A stretch of 62,674 bases of DNA, the filler included, from Chiloscyllium plagiosum (lineage: Eukaryota), in the NCBI RefSeq assembly GCF_004010195.1. It is 4 parts of 2 records of this genome, joined end to end, with 100 filler letters (N's around TTAATTAATTAA, not from the genome) between each part and the next. Parts side by side here need not be neighbours in the genome. Positions count along the whole stretch, not along the records: positions 23,219 to 38,250 come from NC_057711.1; 3 more parts are not named here. The stretch is one strand, 5' to 3'. Under the pieces are notes generated by a model that was not told where the DNA came from, did not search any database, and was given only the letters and a program-made list of their open reading frames with translations. Shown in pieces: positions 26,070-38,350 of the stretch (within the stretch, counting starts at the first letter, position 1; each line of letters starts with the position of its first letter). The position numbers and the translations under genes are program-made.

Positions 26070-26820
26070 TGATTTGATTTATTATTTTTGTCACATGTAC
26101 CTAAGTACATTGAAAAGTTTTGTTTGCATACAGTACAGGCAGATTATAACAAAGATCACAGGCTGACTGAACATTACGAGGAATACAAAGTTATGACTGC
26201 AAAGGTGCTCAAAAAGCAAGGCCAACTTTAGATTTGAAATTTTAGAGGTTCATTCACAAGTCTGATAACAGCGGAGAAGAACTGTTCTCAAACCGGTTCA
26301 CACATTTGTTAAGCTTTTATTCTTCTGCCCGACGGAAGAGGTTGGAAGAGATTATAACCAGGATTTTAGTGGGGCGGGGTCTTTAATGATGCTGGCTGCC
26401 TTTCCAAGGCATCGACAAGTGTAATGGAGTCAATAGGTGGAAGGTTGGCTCACGTGATGGACTGGGATGTGTTCACAACTCTCTGTAGTTTCTTATGGTC
26501 CTGGGCAGATCAGTTGCCGTACCAAGCCATGATGCACCCAGATAGAACTCTTTCTATGGTGCACCCTTAAAAGTTGGTGAGAGTCCTTATGGACATGCCG
26601 AATTTCGTTAGACTCTTGAGGAAGAAGGAGCACTGTTGTGCCTTCTTGACCATCATATTAACCTGGGTCGTCCAGAACAGATTGTTGGTGATTGTCACCC
26701 CTAAGAATTTGAGGCTCTTGACCATCTCCATCTCAGCTGTATTGATGTAGATAGGAGTGTGCCACCCTCCTTGCTTCCTGAAGTCATTGAGCAGCTCTTT
26801 GGTTTTGCTGACAATTAGGG
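26070..26820 (-). mobile_element. Rex1/Babar-clade LINE 3' fragment
   Basis: Parallel to 24845-25790, with its own AATAAATCAAATCA tail. Confidence 0.75.
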
Positions 26821-26824
26821 AGAG

Positions 26825-27570
26825 TTAAATGAGACTGTAAATGGCAGAACCCTTTGGAATATTAACAGATGGATCTGGAGTCCAGGTTCACAGCTCCCGA
26901 AAAGTGGCAACACAGGTGGCCAAGGTGATTAAGAAGGCACATGGCATGCTTGCCTTCATCAGCCGGGGCATGGAGTGCAAGAGTTAGCAAACCACGTTGC
27001 AGCTTTATAAAACCCTTGTAAGGCCGTATTTGGAGTCTGTGTTCAGTTATGGTCGCCACACTACCAGAAGGAAGGTTTGGAGAGAGTGCAGGGAAGGTTC
27101 ATCAGGACGCTACCAGGACTCAAGGACATTGGCTATGAGGAAAGGTTAAAAAAATTAGGAATGTTTTCACTGGAAAGATAGCGTGTGAGAGGAGACCTGA
27201 TAGAGGTCTACAAAATTATGAGAGGCATAGATAGGATGGATAGTCAGAGGCTTTTTCCCAGGATTGAAGTTTCAATTACAAGAAGGCACAGTTTAAGGGA
27301 GTTTAAGGGAGATGTGCAAGGGACACAGAATGGTAAGAGCCTGGAACGTCTTGCCAAAAGTGGTGGTGGAAGCAGGCATATTGACAACATTTAACAGGCA
27401 TCTGGATGGTTACATGAATAGGGAGGGAATAAAGGGATACGGACAGAATATTCATTTGGGCAATAAGGGCAAAATGTTCATTTTTCAGTTCAGTTAGAGC
27501 ATGATGATCAGCTACAGGCTTGAAAGTCCCAAGTGCTTATCCTCTGCTATTCTTCTCTTTTGTTCTTTGT
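26825..27570 (+). mobile_element. CR1 3' fragment
   Basis: RGDLIEVYKIMRGIDR; KKAHGMLAFI. Confidence 0.88.
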
Positions 27571-28539
27571 TCTGAGAGACTATTATATTTTTAACAAGTG
27601 ACCAACCACTCCATCTTTTTCCTGTATTATGTTGCATCATTGTTTGATGTCCGGCCTGCAATATTGGTGCCAAAATTGCAGATGGATTTCGGACAAAATT
27701 TGGCCACACAGTCATGAGTATATAAGGAGTACAGTAGAGGGTTGAGAATTGTCGGGGAGGAAGTGTGTTGCTTATCTTCATTGACTGTTGTCTGAGAGTC
27801 AGGAAATTAAGGATCTACTTGCAGAGGACGGAGCAGAGACCTAGGTCTTGGAATGTGGAGATTAGTTTGGGATTATAGCGTTGCTAAGTGCTCCATAGAG
27901 GTACATTGCACGATACGTTAGGTGGATTGGTCATACACCTGGTTACAGTGGGGAGTTTAAAGGGGAGTCTCAAAGGAAGAAAGAGAAATGACAAATCAGA
28001 GAGGTTCAGCAAGGAAGAAGGGATACATAGACCAGAATCCCTCTACATAACAATAGGAAGCTAACTTAATTATCCGAGAAATAATTTTAAATTAAGAAGT
28101 TATTTCATTAGCAACTAATAACAATTCCAAAGGATACATGTGTACACACACACAATGGAAAGAGATTGAATCCTTTTAAAGTAATAGACTCTGCCTAAAC
28201 TATTCCTTTGAATAACTGCTACTTTATATATACAGGCCCTTATAAGTAAGAAAACATCCCAAAGCCACAACATGGGAGCACAGTTGAATAAAATTTGAGA
28301 TTGAGCGACATACAGCAATATTAGACCAAAGTGCACGTGGCATCTTCTGAAGGAGAAAGAGATAAAGAGGTTTAGGAAAGGAATTTTAAAGTTTGGGAGA
28401 CTGTCAATAACGGACTGATCAGGGTTTGCACATGAGACCACAATTAGCGGACTGCAGAAGCTAGGAAAAGGTATATGTAAGTATGTATATGGAGAGCATG
28501 GGAGTATTTGAGAATAAGGATGACAATTTGCAATCAAGA

Positions 28540-28902
28540 TAGAGCATAGAAGGTTGAGAGGGGACCTTATAGAAGCGTATAATGGTAGTTGTCTTTTCCC
28601 TCAGGTGGGGGATTTCAAGACTAGGGGACACATTTTTAGGGAGGGAGGAGATTTAAAAAAAGACATGAAGCGCAAATGTTTTACACAGATGGTTGTTCGT
28701 GCGTGAAATGAACTTCCTGAGGAAGTGATGGATGTGGGATACAATTACAAAGTTTAAAAGACACTTGGATAGGTACATGAATAAGAATGGTTTGGAGGGA
28801 TGTGAGCCAGGAGCAGGCAGGTGGAACTAGTTTAGTTAGGGATTATGTTCGGCAGGGACTGGTTGGATCAAAGGGTCTGTTTCTGTGGTCTTTGACTCTA
28901 TG
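28540..28902 (+). mobile_element. CR1 3' fragment
   Basis: GGGGACCTTATAGA...TTTACACAGATGGTTG...GACTCTATG tail. Confidence 0.8.
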
Positions 28903-29339
28903 TTGCTTAACAGGGGCCAACAAGTATGCGAGTTATGGGTGATTGGGATTTGGTGCAAGAGAACATGAGCAACAGAGCTTTCAATATGATCATACTAGCT
29001 ACATATGACACTTGATAGCAGACCAGTGAGGAAAGCACTAGAATAGTCAAATCGAGAGGCACAGATTTGGTGGTGATAATTTCATGATGACCTGATGATT
29101 TCAGCAGCAGCTAAAGTAAGGTAGAATCAGGTATTAGAGATGTGAATAAGTCATCTTAACCATGGCAAAGATGTGTGGCCAGAATTTATCTAACAATCAG
29201 GGTTGTGAAGAAGTCTGGTTCAGACTCAGGCAGAGGCATGTATTTACTGACTAAGGAGCAGAGTTTGAGGTAGGGTCCGAAGACAATTACTTCAGAATTT
29301 CCAACAGTTAGTTGAAAGAAATAGCTGCTTATGCTGTTT

Positions 29340-29580
29340 CTGGGAAGGAAGCTGCCATCCTTACCTGGTTTGGCTTAAAGCTGAAAATGTGTTGCTGGAA
29401 AAGCGCAGCAGGTCAGGCAGCATCCAGGGAACAGGAGAATCGATGTTTCGGGCATAAGTCGTTTGGCTTAAACCTGACTCCAGACTCTCAGCAATGTGGC
29501 TGACATGCAACTACTTGCTGGGCAATTAGGGATGGCAATAAATGCTGGCATGGTCAGCAACATCTGCAGCCTGCAAACAA
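29340..29580 (+). mobile_element. Family 2 SINE 3' half with a Penelope family-A arm inserted at 29380-29460
   Basis: TSD GTTTGGCTTAAA at 29368-29379 and 29461-29472. Confidence 0.8.
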
Positions 29581-31409
29581 ATTTTTTAAAAATTTAAAAT
29601 CCAATATTGGATACTGCTAATGCAATCCGACAGTTTGGAGTAGTGGAGAGGGGTGCTGTGGTTAAGCTGGATGTCATCAGTACGCATGTGGAAACTGATG
29701 CTGTGTTCTTCAGTTACAACATGTTGAAAAAAGCAGGAGACAAAAATAGATCCTTAGAGAACACAACTGACAATGGTAGAAGAGCCTGAAGAAAGGCCAA
29801 TGCAGATGATTGTTTAGCTGCAATTATGTTGAACAGAATGCTACCAACCAGTTGCAATCATTGGGATAATTCAGACAGAGACCATGACATCCTTTCAGAG
29901 AAAACTGTAAAAGAGATGATGGGAGTATAATGCAGCAAGTGTGGAATGGAGATTATTTCTCAATTTCTTTTTAAAAAAAGCAAATACAGGCTCCATGGGT
30001 TGAGTGGTTTCAAACTGAACTGTGATTCTATAGTACTTTAGGTCATATTGTACAACATAAAGTCTACACATAGTTAAAAACTGCTTGCATATTATACACG
30101 GCATCTGAAAATTGACTGATGAAACGTACATTTTTAAAAAGCACTCAAAAGATACTCATAACCACCAATTCCACACATTGAAGTGAGGTAAACTACACTG
30201 CAGTTTTCAGTGTGCAGTTGGCAAAGTCAATTTTAAGTAGCTGAATTGTTTGGGATGAACTGACCTTTGGGCACTTTTTTTTTTTAAAATGATCTCAATG
30301 CCATGTTCTATGTTAAAATCCATAGACATATTAAAATGAAACTCATAAGAGGAACTCTCACCTTGAACTCTAATATTGCAATCATTATCTTATCTGAGAG
30401 CAAGTTTCCAGGTCCAGCTATATCCTGTTCTCCAGGTTTACCTGGTTACAGTATTGTCTGAGAAATGCATCCACATTTTATATGTTATCATTCTATTAAC
30501 CTTCTGGTCTTTGGCATTTCGTTTCGTAATTTTTTTAAAAATCCAGTTTTTGCCACTCAACAAAAAACAGTTTTGTTTTAAGTATTCTCATGTGCAAATT
30601 GACTGCTCTCAGCAATTAGGTTATGGAGATTTGAATGCAGATTTAAATAGTCTTGTTTTAAGAACTGAAATCACAGAGTTCCCTCAGCTCATCTGGCCTC
30701 ATATTCAGGGGGGGTGGGGGGGAGGTGAAGTCAAGCTGGAGCACCCATGCCTGGTTGAATTCCTGGGATTCATGCTGGAGTGCCTATATGTGGAAGTCAG
30801 GCTTCCTGTCACCTTTCCTCGTTCCTCTTCCCTCAACAATCTAACATTCTCGCATACATTGTTTTGTTAGACAAGATACCATTAGGTACAATCAGCATTG
30901 ACAAGTTCCTAACCTCACTTTGCAGGGAATCAACACCTTTAGGAGAAGTAAGTCGCTTCCATTAAGTGCAAGATCATGTAGCTAGCACTGCCACCTCACA
31001 TTCTGTTGTCCTCTTTTGCTCAAAGCTTTAATATTGTCGGCACTATCACGTTAATTGAATTTTGCAGTTAGTTAAAGAAGCTTCAATTACAAATATAGTT
31101 GTACTTTGCTTATTGAGTTAAAGAACAGCAATGATCAAATGCTAACCCAAAAGACCCATGAGTTACCTGGTACTCTTTCATTTTCTTCTACAGGCCCATT
31201 GAAGGTCACTCTGTAAAAATTAGAGACCTAATGTCCTGCATGATTTCATGTTTAGTCCCATCACTATGCCAGCAGCCATAAGGTATTATGTAAAACAGAG
31301 CAAGAAATGTCCAAAATTTTAGAAACCGAAATAGATCATTCAATCCCTGAAGTCAGATTCTCTCTACAACAGATTGCACCATTTATCCAAATTTGTTCAA
31401 AGTTTCTTG

Positions 31410-31622
31410 ACAAAACGGAGTGTCGTGAAAGTCGAGTAGGCTCCTCTCTCATTAAACAGCAACAACTGGTTGTGAGTTTGACCCGATGGTCGACAACACC
31501 TCAGGCGAGGTTGAAAAGGCAGTGCCTTCATGGTGACCTCAGCCGGTACAGGAATTGAACCCACCCTGCTAACTGCACTCTCACCCAAACCACCCTCCCA
31601 GCCAACTGAGCTGGCCAACTCC
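31410..31622 (-). mobile_element. tRNA-derived SINE (third family)
   Basis: Minus strand reads CAGCTCAGTTGG (A box) then GGTTCAATTCC (B box), followed by a non-tRNA body. Confidence 0.65.
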
Positions 31623-31894
31623 TAACATTTTTCACAAAACATTCAACCACATCTTTAAAAACCTCAACTGTGCCAGCATTCACAGCCTTTTGGACAGTGA
31701 CTTTCCACTCGCTGTGTGTGAAAACATGCTTCCAGATTTCAGTCGTAATTGCGTTTAATTTTAAGATTGTGGTTCCTTTTTCTTTACTCTCCTAGAAGTA
31801 AAATTGATTTCTCTTTACCTACCCCATCAAATCCCTGTATCATTTAAACACCTCATATAGATCATTCTTTAAATCAAGTTTATGCAACCTGTAA

Positions 31895-32127
31895 TAAAAG
31901 CAAAAAAACTGTAGATGCTGGAAATGTGAGATAAAAACAAAGTGCTGAAGAAACTCAGCAGGTCTGGCAGCATCTGTGGAGAGAGAAACAGAATTAACAT
32001 TAACATTCAACTCCATTTAACTTCAACTGTTTCGAAGAACAGTTTTACTGCACTTGAAAAGTTAACTTTATTTCTCTCTCCACAGATGCTGCCAGATCTT
32101 CTACATTTCTCCAGCACTTTCTGTTTA
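31895..32127. mobile_element. Penelope pLTR-derived fold-back mini-element (older family)
   Basis: Inverted arms TCTGGCAGCATCTGTGGAGAGAGAAA and TTTCTCTCTCCACAGATGCTGCCAGA. Confidence 0.75.
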
Positions 32128-32382
32128 ATCCAACCTGTTCCAACTCAACACTTGAAGCTTCATTATTCTTTTCCAAAGTAATGCTTGAAGAGAGCAAAGA
32201 GCGATCTAAGTTTCCAAATTGCATGGAATAAAGTTCACAACTCATTCATGCAAAATAAAATTCTCCCTATGATTTAAAGTTCTTCATTAGTCCTTCTCCA
32301 TTGACATGAAGCTGTTCCCATTCTCTTCTGTTTGTATGAAATCTAGATCTCCACATTCAGTAGCAAGCACAAGTGCTGCAAA

Positions 32383-32945
32383 TGGGAGGTGATGGTCTCG
32401 CGGCATTATCACTGGACTATTAATCCAGAGACCCGGGTAATATTATAGGGACCCAGATTCAAATCCTGCCACAGCAGATGGTGAAATTTGAATTCAACAA
32501 AAATCTGGAATTAAGAGTCTAATTATGACTGTGAATCCATTGCCGATTCGAGAGTGTAGTGCTGGAAAAGCACAGGTCAAGCAGCATCCGAGGAGCAGGA
32601 CAATACACGTTTCGGGCATAAGCCCTTCATTCCTGAAACATTGATTCTCCTGCTCCTCGGACGCTGCCTGACCCTCTGTGCTTTTCCAGTACTACAGTCT
32701 CGACTCTGATCTCCAAGCATCTGCAGTCTTCACTTTCTCCATCTCTTGCTGATTGTTAGGATAAACCCATCTGACTCACCACTATCTTTCAGGGAAGAAA
32801 ACTGCCATCCTTATCTGGTTTTGGCCGACTTGGGGCTCCAGATCCACAGCAATGTGGCTAACTCTTAACAGCCCTCTGGGCAATTAGGGGTGGGCAATAA
32901 ATGCTCGCCTAGCTGACAAACCCCTCATCCCAAGATTGAATTTAA
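32383..32945 (+). mobile_element. Family 2 SINE with a Penelope family-A fold-back insertion at 32549-32745
   Basis: Full SINE head to tail; TSD TTGC(C/T)GATT at 32540-32548 and 32746-32754. Confidence 0.85.
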
Positions 32946-33691
32946 AAACAGTAAAATCTATAAAAAGTTGAGACTTCGCACCATCACTGCAAGACCAAAG
33001 GTTAGATTATTTTCAGTGGGAAAACGAAAATGTCAAATTACATTAAGATACTATCTTAATTTCTAAATCACAATTAATTTCCTGATAATTGAAAGTTTGA
33101 CAAACTTTGTTCATATTCAAGTGATTACATTTCAACTGATCACACCCACTTTAAAATCAATTGCATCCCATTTCATTACCTAAATCTGAAGCTATTCAGT
33201 AACACGCAATCAAGTCCATGCCGACCAGATATTCCAACCCAATCTCATCCCACTTGTCAGCACCCGGCCTATATCCCTCCAAACCCTTCCTATTCATATA
33301 TACCCATCCAAATGCCTCTTAAATGTTGCAAGGGTCTGTTCTCATGCTGTACATCTCTATGACTCTTAAAATGGTTTGTTATTTCCAGATACGCTAATTC
33401 AATTATGGTATTGCTCTTTCGGAATAAAGTAATTGGGCAAAGAAAATACATTCCTCTTAATTGAACAGGTTACCTGCCCAATGATTAAAATCTTCTTCAT
33501 GTTACCAAGCATTCTCCTTTGCCTTTAATTGCAATTTCACAAGCACCACTCTCACCAAAATGGAGGTGGCTAAATGTTCTTCAGCCTTGATCACAGGAAA
33601 TCATTAGAATGTATAATCAAAGCTAAATTCTTCAGACTATGCAATGTAATTTAAAAAATCATTTGTTCAAATCAGCCAACTTGAGAGTTTC

Positions 33692-34160
33692 CTGTGACTT
33701 AGTTGGTGGCACTCCTGGATTGGGAGTCACAACTCCCAATCCAGGATTTGAGCACAGAAATTAAGAATGGTATCCCCAGTGCAGAACTGAGGACTTGATG
33801 CAGGTGCCATGTTTCAGATGAGACATTAAACCAAAGTCCTATCTGCCCCCAGAGATGGATTGAAAAGATCATATGACACAATTTGAACAGTGTTACCATC
33901 CACGGCCTGACCAATATTTATCCCTCAACCAACAACATAAAAAGCAGACTATATGATTATTGCCACATCCCTGTTTTTGGGAAGTTAAAAATCACACAAC
34001 ACCAGGTTATAGTCCAACAGGTTTATTTGGAAGCACTAGCTTTCATCAGGTGGTTGTGTGGGAATTTGCTGCATGCAAAATTAGACTCATATTACTTCAT
34101 TACAAAAGCAAGTATGCTTTCAAAATATTTCATTGTCTGTAAAGTGCTTTGAGATGGCTA
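33692..34160 (+). mobile_element. Deu/Nin-domain SINE (SacSINE1/AmnSINE-like) with a Penelope family-B arm at ~33984-34050
   Basis: TCAGATGAGACATTAAACCAAAGTCCT...AAAAGATC...CCTGACCAATATTTATCCCTC resembles the Deu domain; a partial copy lies at ~12810-12975. Confidence 0.65.
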
Positions 34161-34414
34161 GTAGTCACAAAAAACACAACAAAAATGCAAGTCTTTCGTT
34201 TCCGTTTTACATTACATTTCAGCAAAGCAAACTTTGCTCACAATATAATGACATTGTAAGTAAAGTTATTCAATATTCTAAATACACACAATTACATGTG
34301 AAAAGTATTAAACCAATAACTTCTGTACTCTAACTGCAAATGAGTGTCAGTGACTGCACTTTTAACAATAATTTAGGTGAACAGTTAATTGAGATAACTG
34401 TAGTGAGTATATTA

Positions 34415-34910
34415 AAATTATTAGAATCTTTTGAGGAGGTAACAATCAGGACACATAAATGAGAAGCAGTGAATGATATAGACTTGGATTTCCAGAAGAT
34501 GTTTGATAAAGTACCAGTAGGCTAGTTAATGAGACAAGAGTCTGTGGTGTTGGAAGTAGTATATTCACATGGATAGAGAATTGGCTAACTAGTAGAAGAC
34601 AGAGAGTTGGGTTAAGAGGGCACTTTCAGGAGATAACCTGTAACTTGCTTTGTGTCACAGGGATCAGCGCTGGGACAGTAACTATTTAACCTATCTGTCA
34701 GAGCATTGTGAATCTATGGAATTTTTATCACAGAGGGCTGCAAAGGTTGCGCCATTAAGTACATTCAAGGCCAAGATAGATTTTTAATCAGTAAGAGATA
34801 TGAGGACTATGGGGAAGAGACAGGAAATTGAGTTGAAGATTACCAGATCACCCATTATCTCATTAAAAGGAGCAGACTCAATGGGCTGAATGGCCTACTT
34901 GGGCTCTTAC
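34415..34910 (+). mobile_element. Old CR1 fragments
   Basis: LDFQKMFDKVP, WIENWL, SQGSALG and a 3' UTR. Confidence 0.75.
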
Positions 34911-36214
34911 GGCAAAATAACATTTTTTTACAACTGCAAACACTGCAAGAAAATGGGGTCAGTTATTGAAGAAAAGTTGGAGGATGACTGACAGCATGCT
35001 TGAAACTGAATCACTTCTAGTTCAGCAATCCTGGTGATAACAAAATCCCTTAATATTTCCAGCTGATCCAACTTAGTCCTTCCAGTAATTAGTACTGCTG
35101 GCTAAGAGGAAAACAATGTTTCCCAACGACATTAAAAAAAGTAAACAAAAACTGTGATGTATGGTTGTTTTTTTCCTTAACTTCTTTGTTTTTTAAATAG
35201 TACAGTTGCAACAATCACATAACTTTTTAACCTAGAAGCTTCCTGTATATCTCCAGAGATTCAAGACCGGCAGTGCTCACCATTAATATGCATCCTTTGG
35301 CCTATATACAATTTAGATTTCACAGTCAGCAATAAAGTCTCACCATTAACTGGGACGGAAGTTTCCACAAAGTTCCATAAATTTTTGTGGAATGGATTTT
35401 CCTTCTTGTGATTTTACTTTTAATTTGATGCCAAGACATGGCATCCAGGTGTTTATCAAGCAAGCTAAGCAGTGAATCACACTCAAGCAATCAGTAAGTA
35501 AAATGAACTTCAATTTTTATGAATGCATATAAAACAAATCTTTCAATATTAATTAAATTTCAGAGAGATAATTAAGTCATTGGACATGCACATGGGATTA
35601 TAAGAAATTAAATATCAAACTTTTCTCAAAAATTTTCAACATGTGGATATTCTTTTGATTCTAAGAGAAATCTAACATTCCACGAAAGTAAAATGAGTTT
35701 TTCAGAGCCAGTGAGGCTGTTCATCATGAATTATGAACTTAACATGCCATTACAAACACTGCTTATATGATACATATCTAGGTTTTTTTTTCAAGAGTTT
35801 TACATTGAGGCTAACAGCGCAAAAAGTTAGGTTTTCATCCATTCAATGATTTTAAGTTGACTGTTATACAGCAGGGGGCTTCAATATCACTTCCCATATA
35901 ATGCGTAAAATTACTAGCAACTTTCATATTTCTCCTAGTAAATGCTCCCAAAGTTGCTGCCAGTTTCACAGGCACAATATTGATGAGCACTAACAGTTTC
36001 ACCATCATTATCAGCCAAAGTCCAAACCAATACAGTTTCCGTTAAATGCATGAACCACCAGCAAATTGCAAAAAATGCAATTCAATGAAAATATATGAAG
36101 CATATGTTATATAACCATAAAAAGAATGAGATTCCATCTCAGGCCTGTACTAAGTCAGTGTGTCTAATTTGGGCTAACTCTGTTGTCTCACTTTTAGATC
36201 AGAATCAATCTAAA

Positions 36215-36534
36215 CATCATGGCATAGACAGAGAACACAGGGGACTAACACCTTCAACATATTATCTAGCTATCACCCATTGTTACAGCTAATCTGAGAA
36301 TGCAACTTTTTAAAAAAGTTTTGTGATTTACACATGAAAGAAGTGAAACTATCATGGTATTCAAACAAATGAAAGACTCAACAGGTATTTTTCAATGTAT
36401 AATTTCGGTTACATCACACTAAATTTTTGCTATAAATTCTGTGTCTTAGGATTGAGTCCTGCACTATCACCTGAAGGAGTGACGCTCCAATTAAACGTGT
36501 TGGACTACAACCTGGTGTTGTGTGATTTTTAACT
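36215..36534 (+). mobile_element. Penelope family-B 3' end/pLTR
   Basis: Ends TGTTGGACTACAACCTGGTGTTGTGTGATTTTTAAC, with a partly deleted hammerhead core. Confidence 0.7.
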
Positions 36535-37639
36535 TGGGACAAGAGAAGTTCTTCTTGTTCAATCCCAGTAAACTTTGTTGGGAATGCCCTTGTGGAACAC
36601 AGAGAGAAGAGGGAGAAGTTTGAGTCAAAACTTGCAGCCACTGAGAAAGGTGCCAAATGACAACTGACATCAAAGGGAGCATACATCAGGAATAAGCAAA
36701 CGACCATAGGGAGAAAACAGTGGGAAAAGTGCTTTACAGATATTCAGGGAGGGCAAGGAAAAGTTAGGTCTCAAAATGTTATTGGACAGCTTAATGTTAC
36801 TCAAATTTCAAACACCCCAGAGACAGGAAGTACTGTATCACTTCCAAAAGATATTACCACAATGGCAAAATACTCAACTCTTGATCAAAAATCTGTGACA
36901 AGATGCCTTCTTGAAGACAGCTAAAACAGATTACATCAATTAGATACCAAAAAAATGTCAACCAAATAAGCTGGACCTGCACAAAAACAGGTGTTATCCA
37001 ATTACAGAAACCAACTGCTTCGCTCAATTTCCACAAAAAGAGGTGGGATGGTGGAAACCAAAAGTTTATGTAAGAGGTTATAAAGAAAACCAAAAACTGC
37101 TTCCAAAAACAAACTTAGCATGTGGGAAGAAACTGGGAGTGAGATTCATGATCATTCAGCATCAGACCGCAGTGCTTAAGAACTTACAATACTTCATGAG
37201 GGGTTGTATGTTGTTCCTCCAGTTACATTTATCATCACCATCTCAGGTTTGCAATAAGGATTTTCTCGACGTATTCCTTAGAATCACAAAGCTATTGTTG
37301 CCTAGTCTGTCTAATGTTGTCCTAACTTTGTCTCAATTATTTCTTTTTATAATTCTGTAATTAAAATGGTACTGAATTGTAGGAACTTATATACATCTCT
37401 CTGTATTTTCATAAATACTGTACAAGTTACAAAACATTGCTAATGTATTCTACGACTCTACATTCCAGTGATCAGTGACTCAATTTAAATTTTTAATTCT
37501 CGACACCAGACTTGGAACATGCACTCATGTCTGAAACTTATTGATATAGTGACTGCCCTGCACCCAAGGTTGCACAACCACAGAAAATCATTCAAATAAT
37601 TTTTATTCCTGGAGGAGTCCCTAGGAAATATCTCCATGT

Positions 37640-38250
37640 CAAAGGACCAATGACAGACCGAACACGCCTATCTCAGGAATCACAGGCACTCAACATCCCC
37701 AAAGAGGGAATCATTGATACACAAACAGCAACGCAGGGGCATCAGTGACATGCAAAATCCACACAGACGTCAATTACCCCTAGCCTCAAGATCACTGACA
37801 ATGAACACTTGCATCGTGGGAGGTGCAAAACAGAATATCTTCATCCACGGGGATCAACAATGCAGAACATACATGACCCCCAAGGATCACTGGCATTCTT
37901 GATTTCCTTTAGTGACACTCAATATCCCTTTTGTGTGGGGATCAGTGACATTGCGTATCCCAAACCCTTGGATTACCAATATTTTATTCTCCACTTCTCA
38001 GAATCAAATAAACTGTATATTCCCCACCCCACAATCAGGGACACCGACATCCCCCAACCACCACCCCCAAGGATCAGAGGCAGCGACATTCCCCCGTCCC
38101 TGGGGATCAGAGGCAGCGACATTCCCCCATCCCCTGGGGCTCAGTGACACCCCTACCTCCAAGGCTCAGTGATACATTCCCCCACCCCCAGGGCTCAGTG
38201 ACACAGACACCCCTCCCCCCGGGGCTCAGTGACACAGACACCCCTCCCCC
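37640..38250. repeat. Degenerate C-rich minisatellite (GGG(A/C)TCAGTGACAC..CCCC units, ~30 bp)
   Basis: Units become more regular toward the gap (38075-38250). Confidence 0.8.
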
Positions 38251-38350
38251 NNNNNNNNNNNNNNNNNNNNNNNNNNNNNNNNNNNNNNNNNNNNTTAATT
38301 AATTAANNNNNNNNNNNNNNNNNNNNNNNNNNNNNNNNNNNNNNNNNNNN
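38251..38350. other. Artificial scaffold spacer
   Basis: 44N-TTAATTAATTAA-44N. Confidence 0.97.

Noticed and set aside
30376..30870. 164-aa ORF in unique sequence
   Set aside because: Non-ATG start, no recognisable homology, AT-rich random-like composition.
35702..35727. Minus-strand C/D box pair (TGATGA…CTGA)
   Set aside because: Only ~25 nt apart, too short for a snoRNA.
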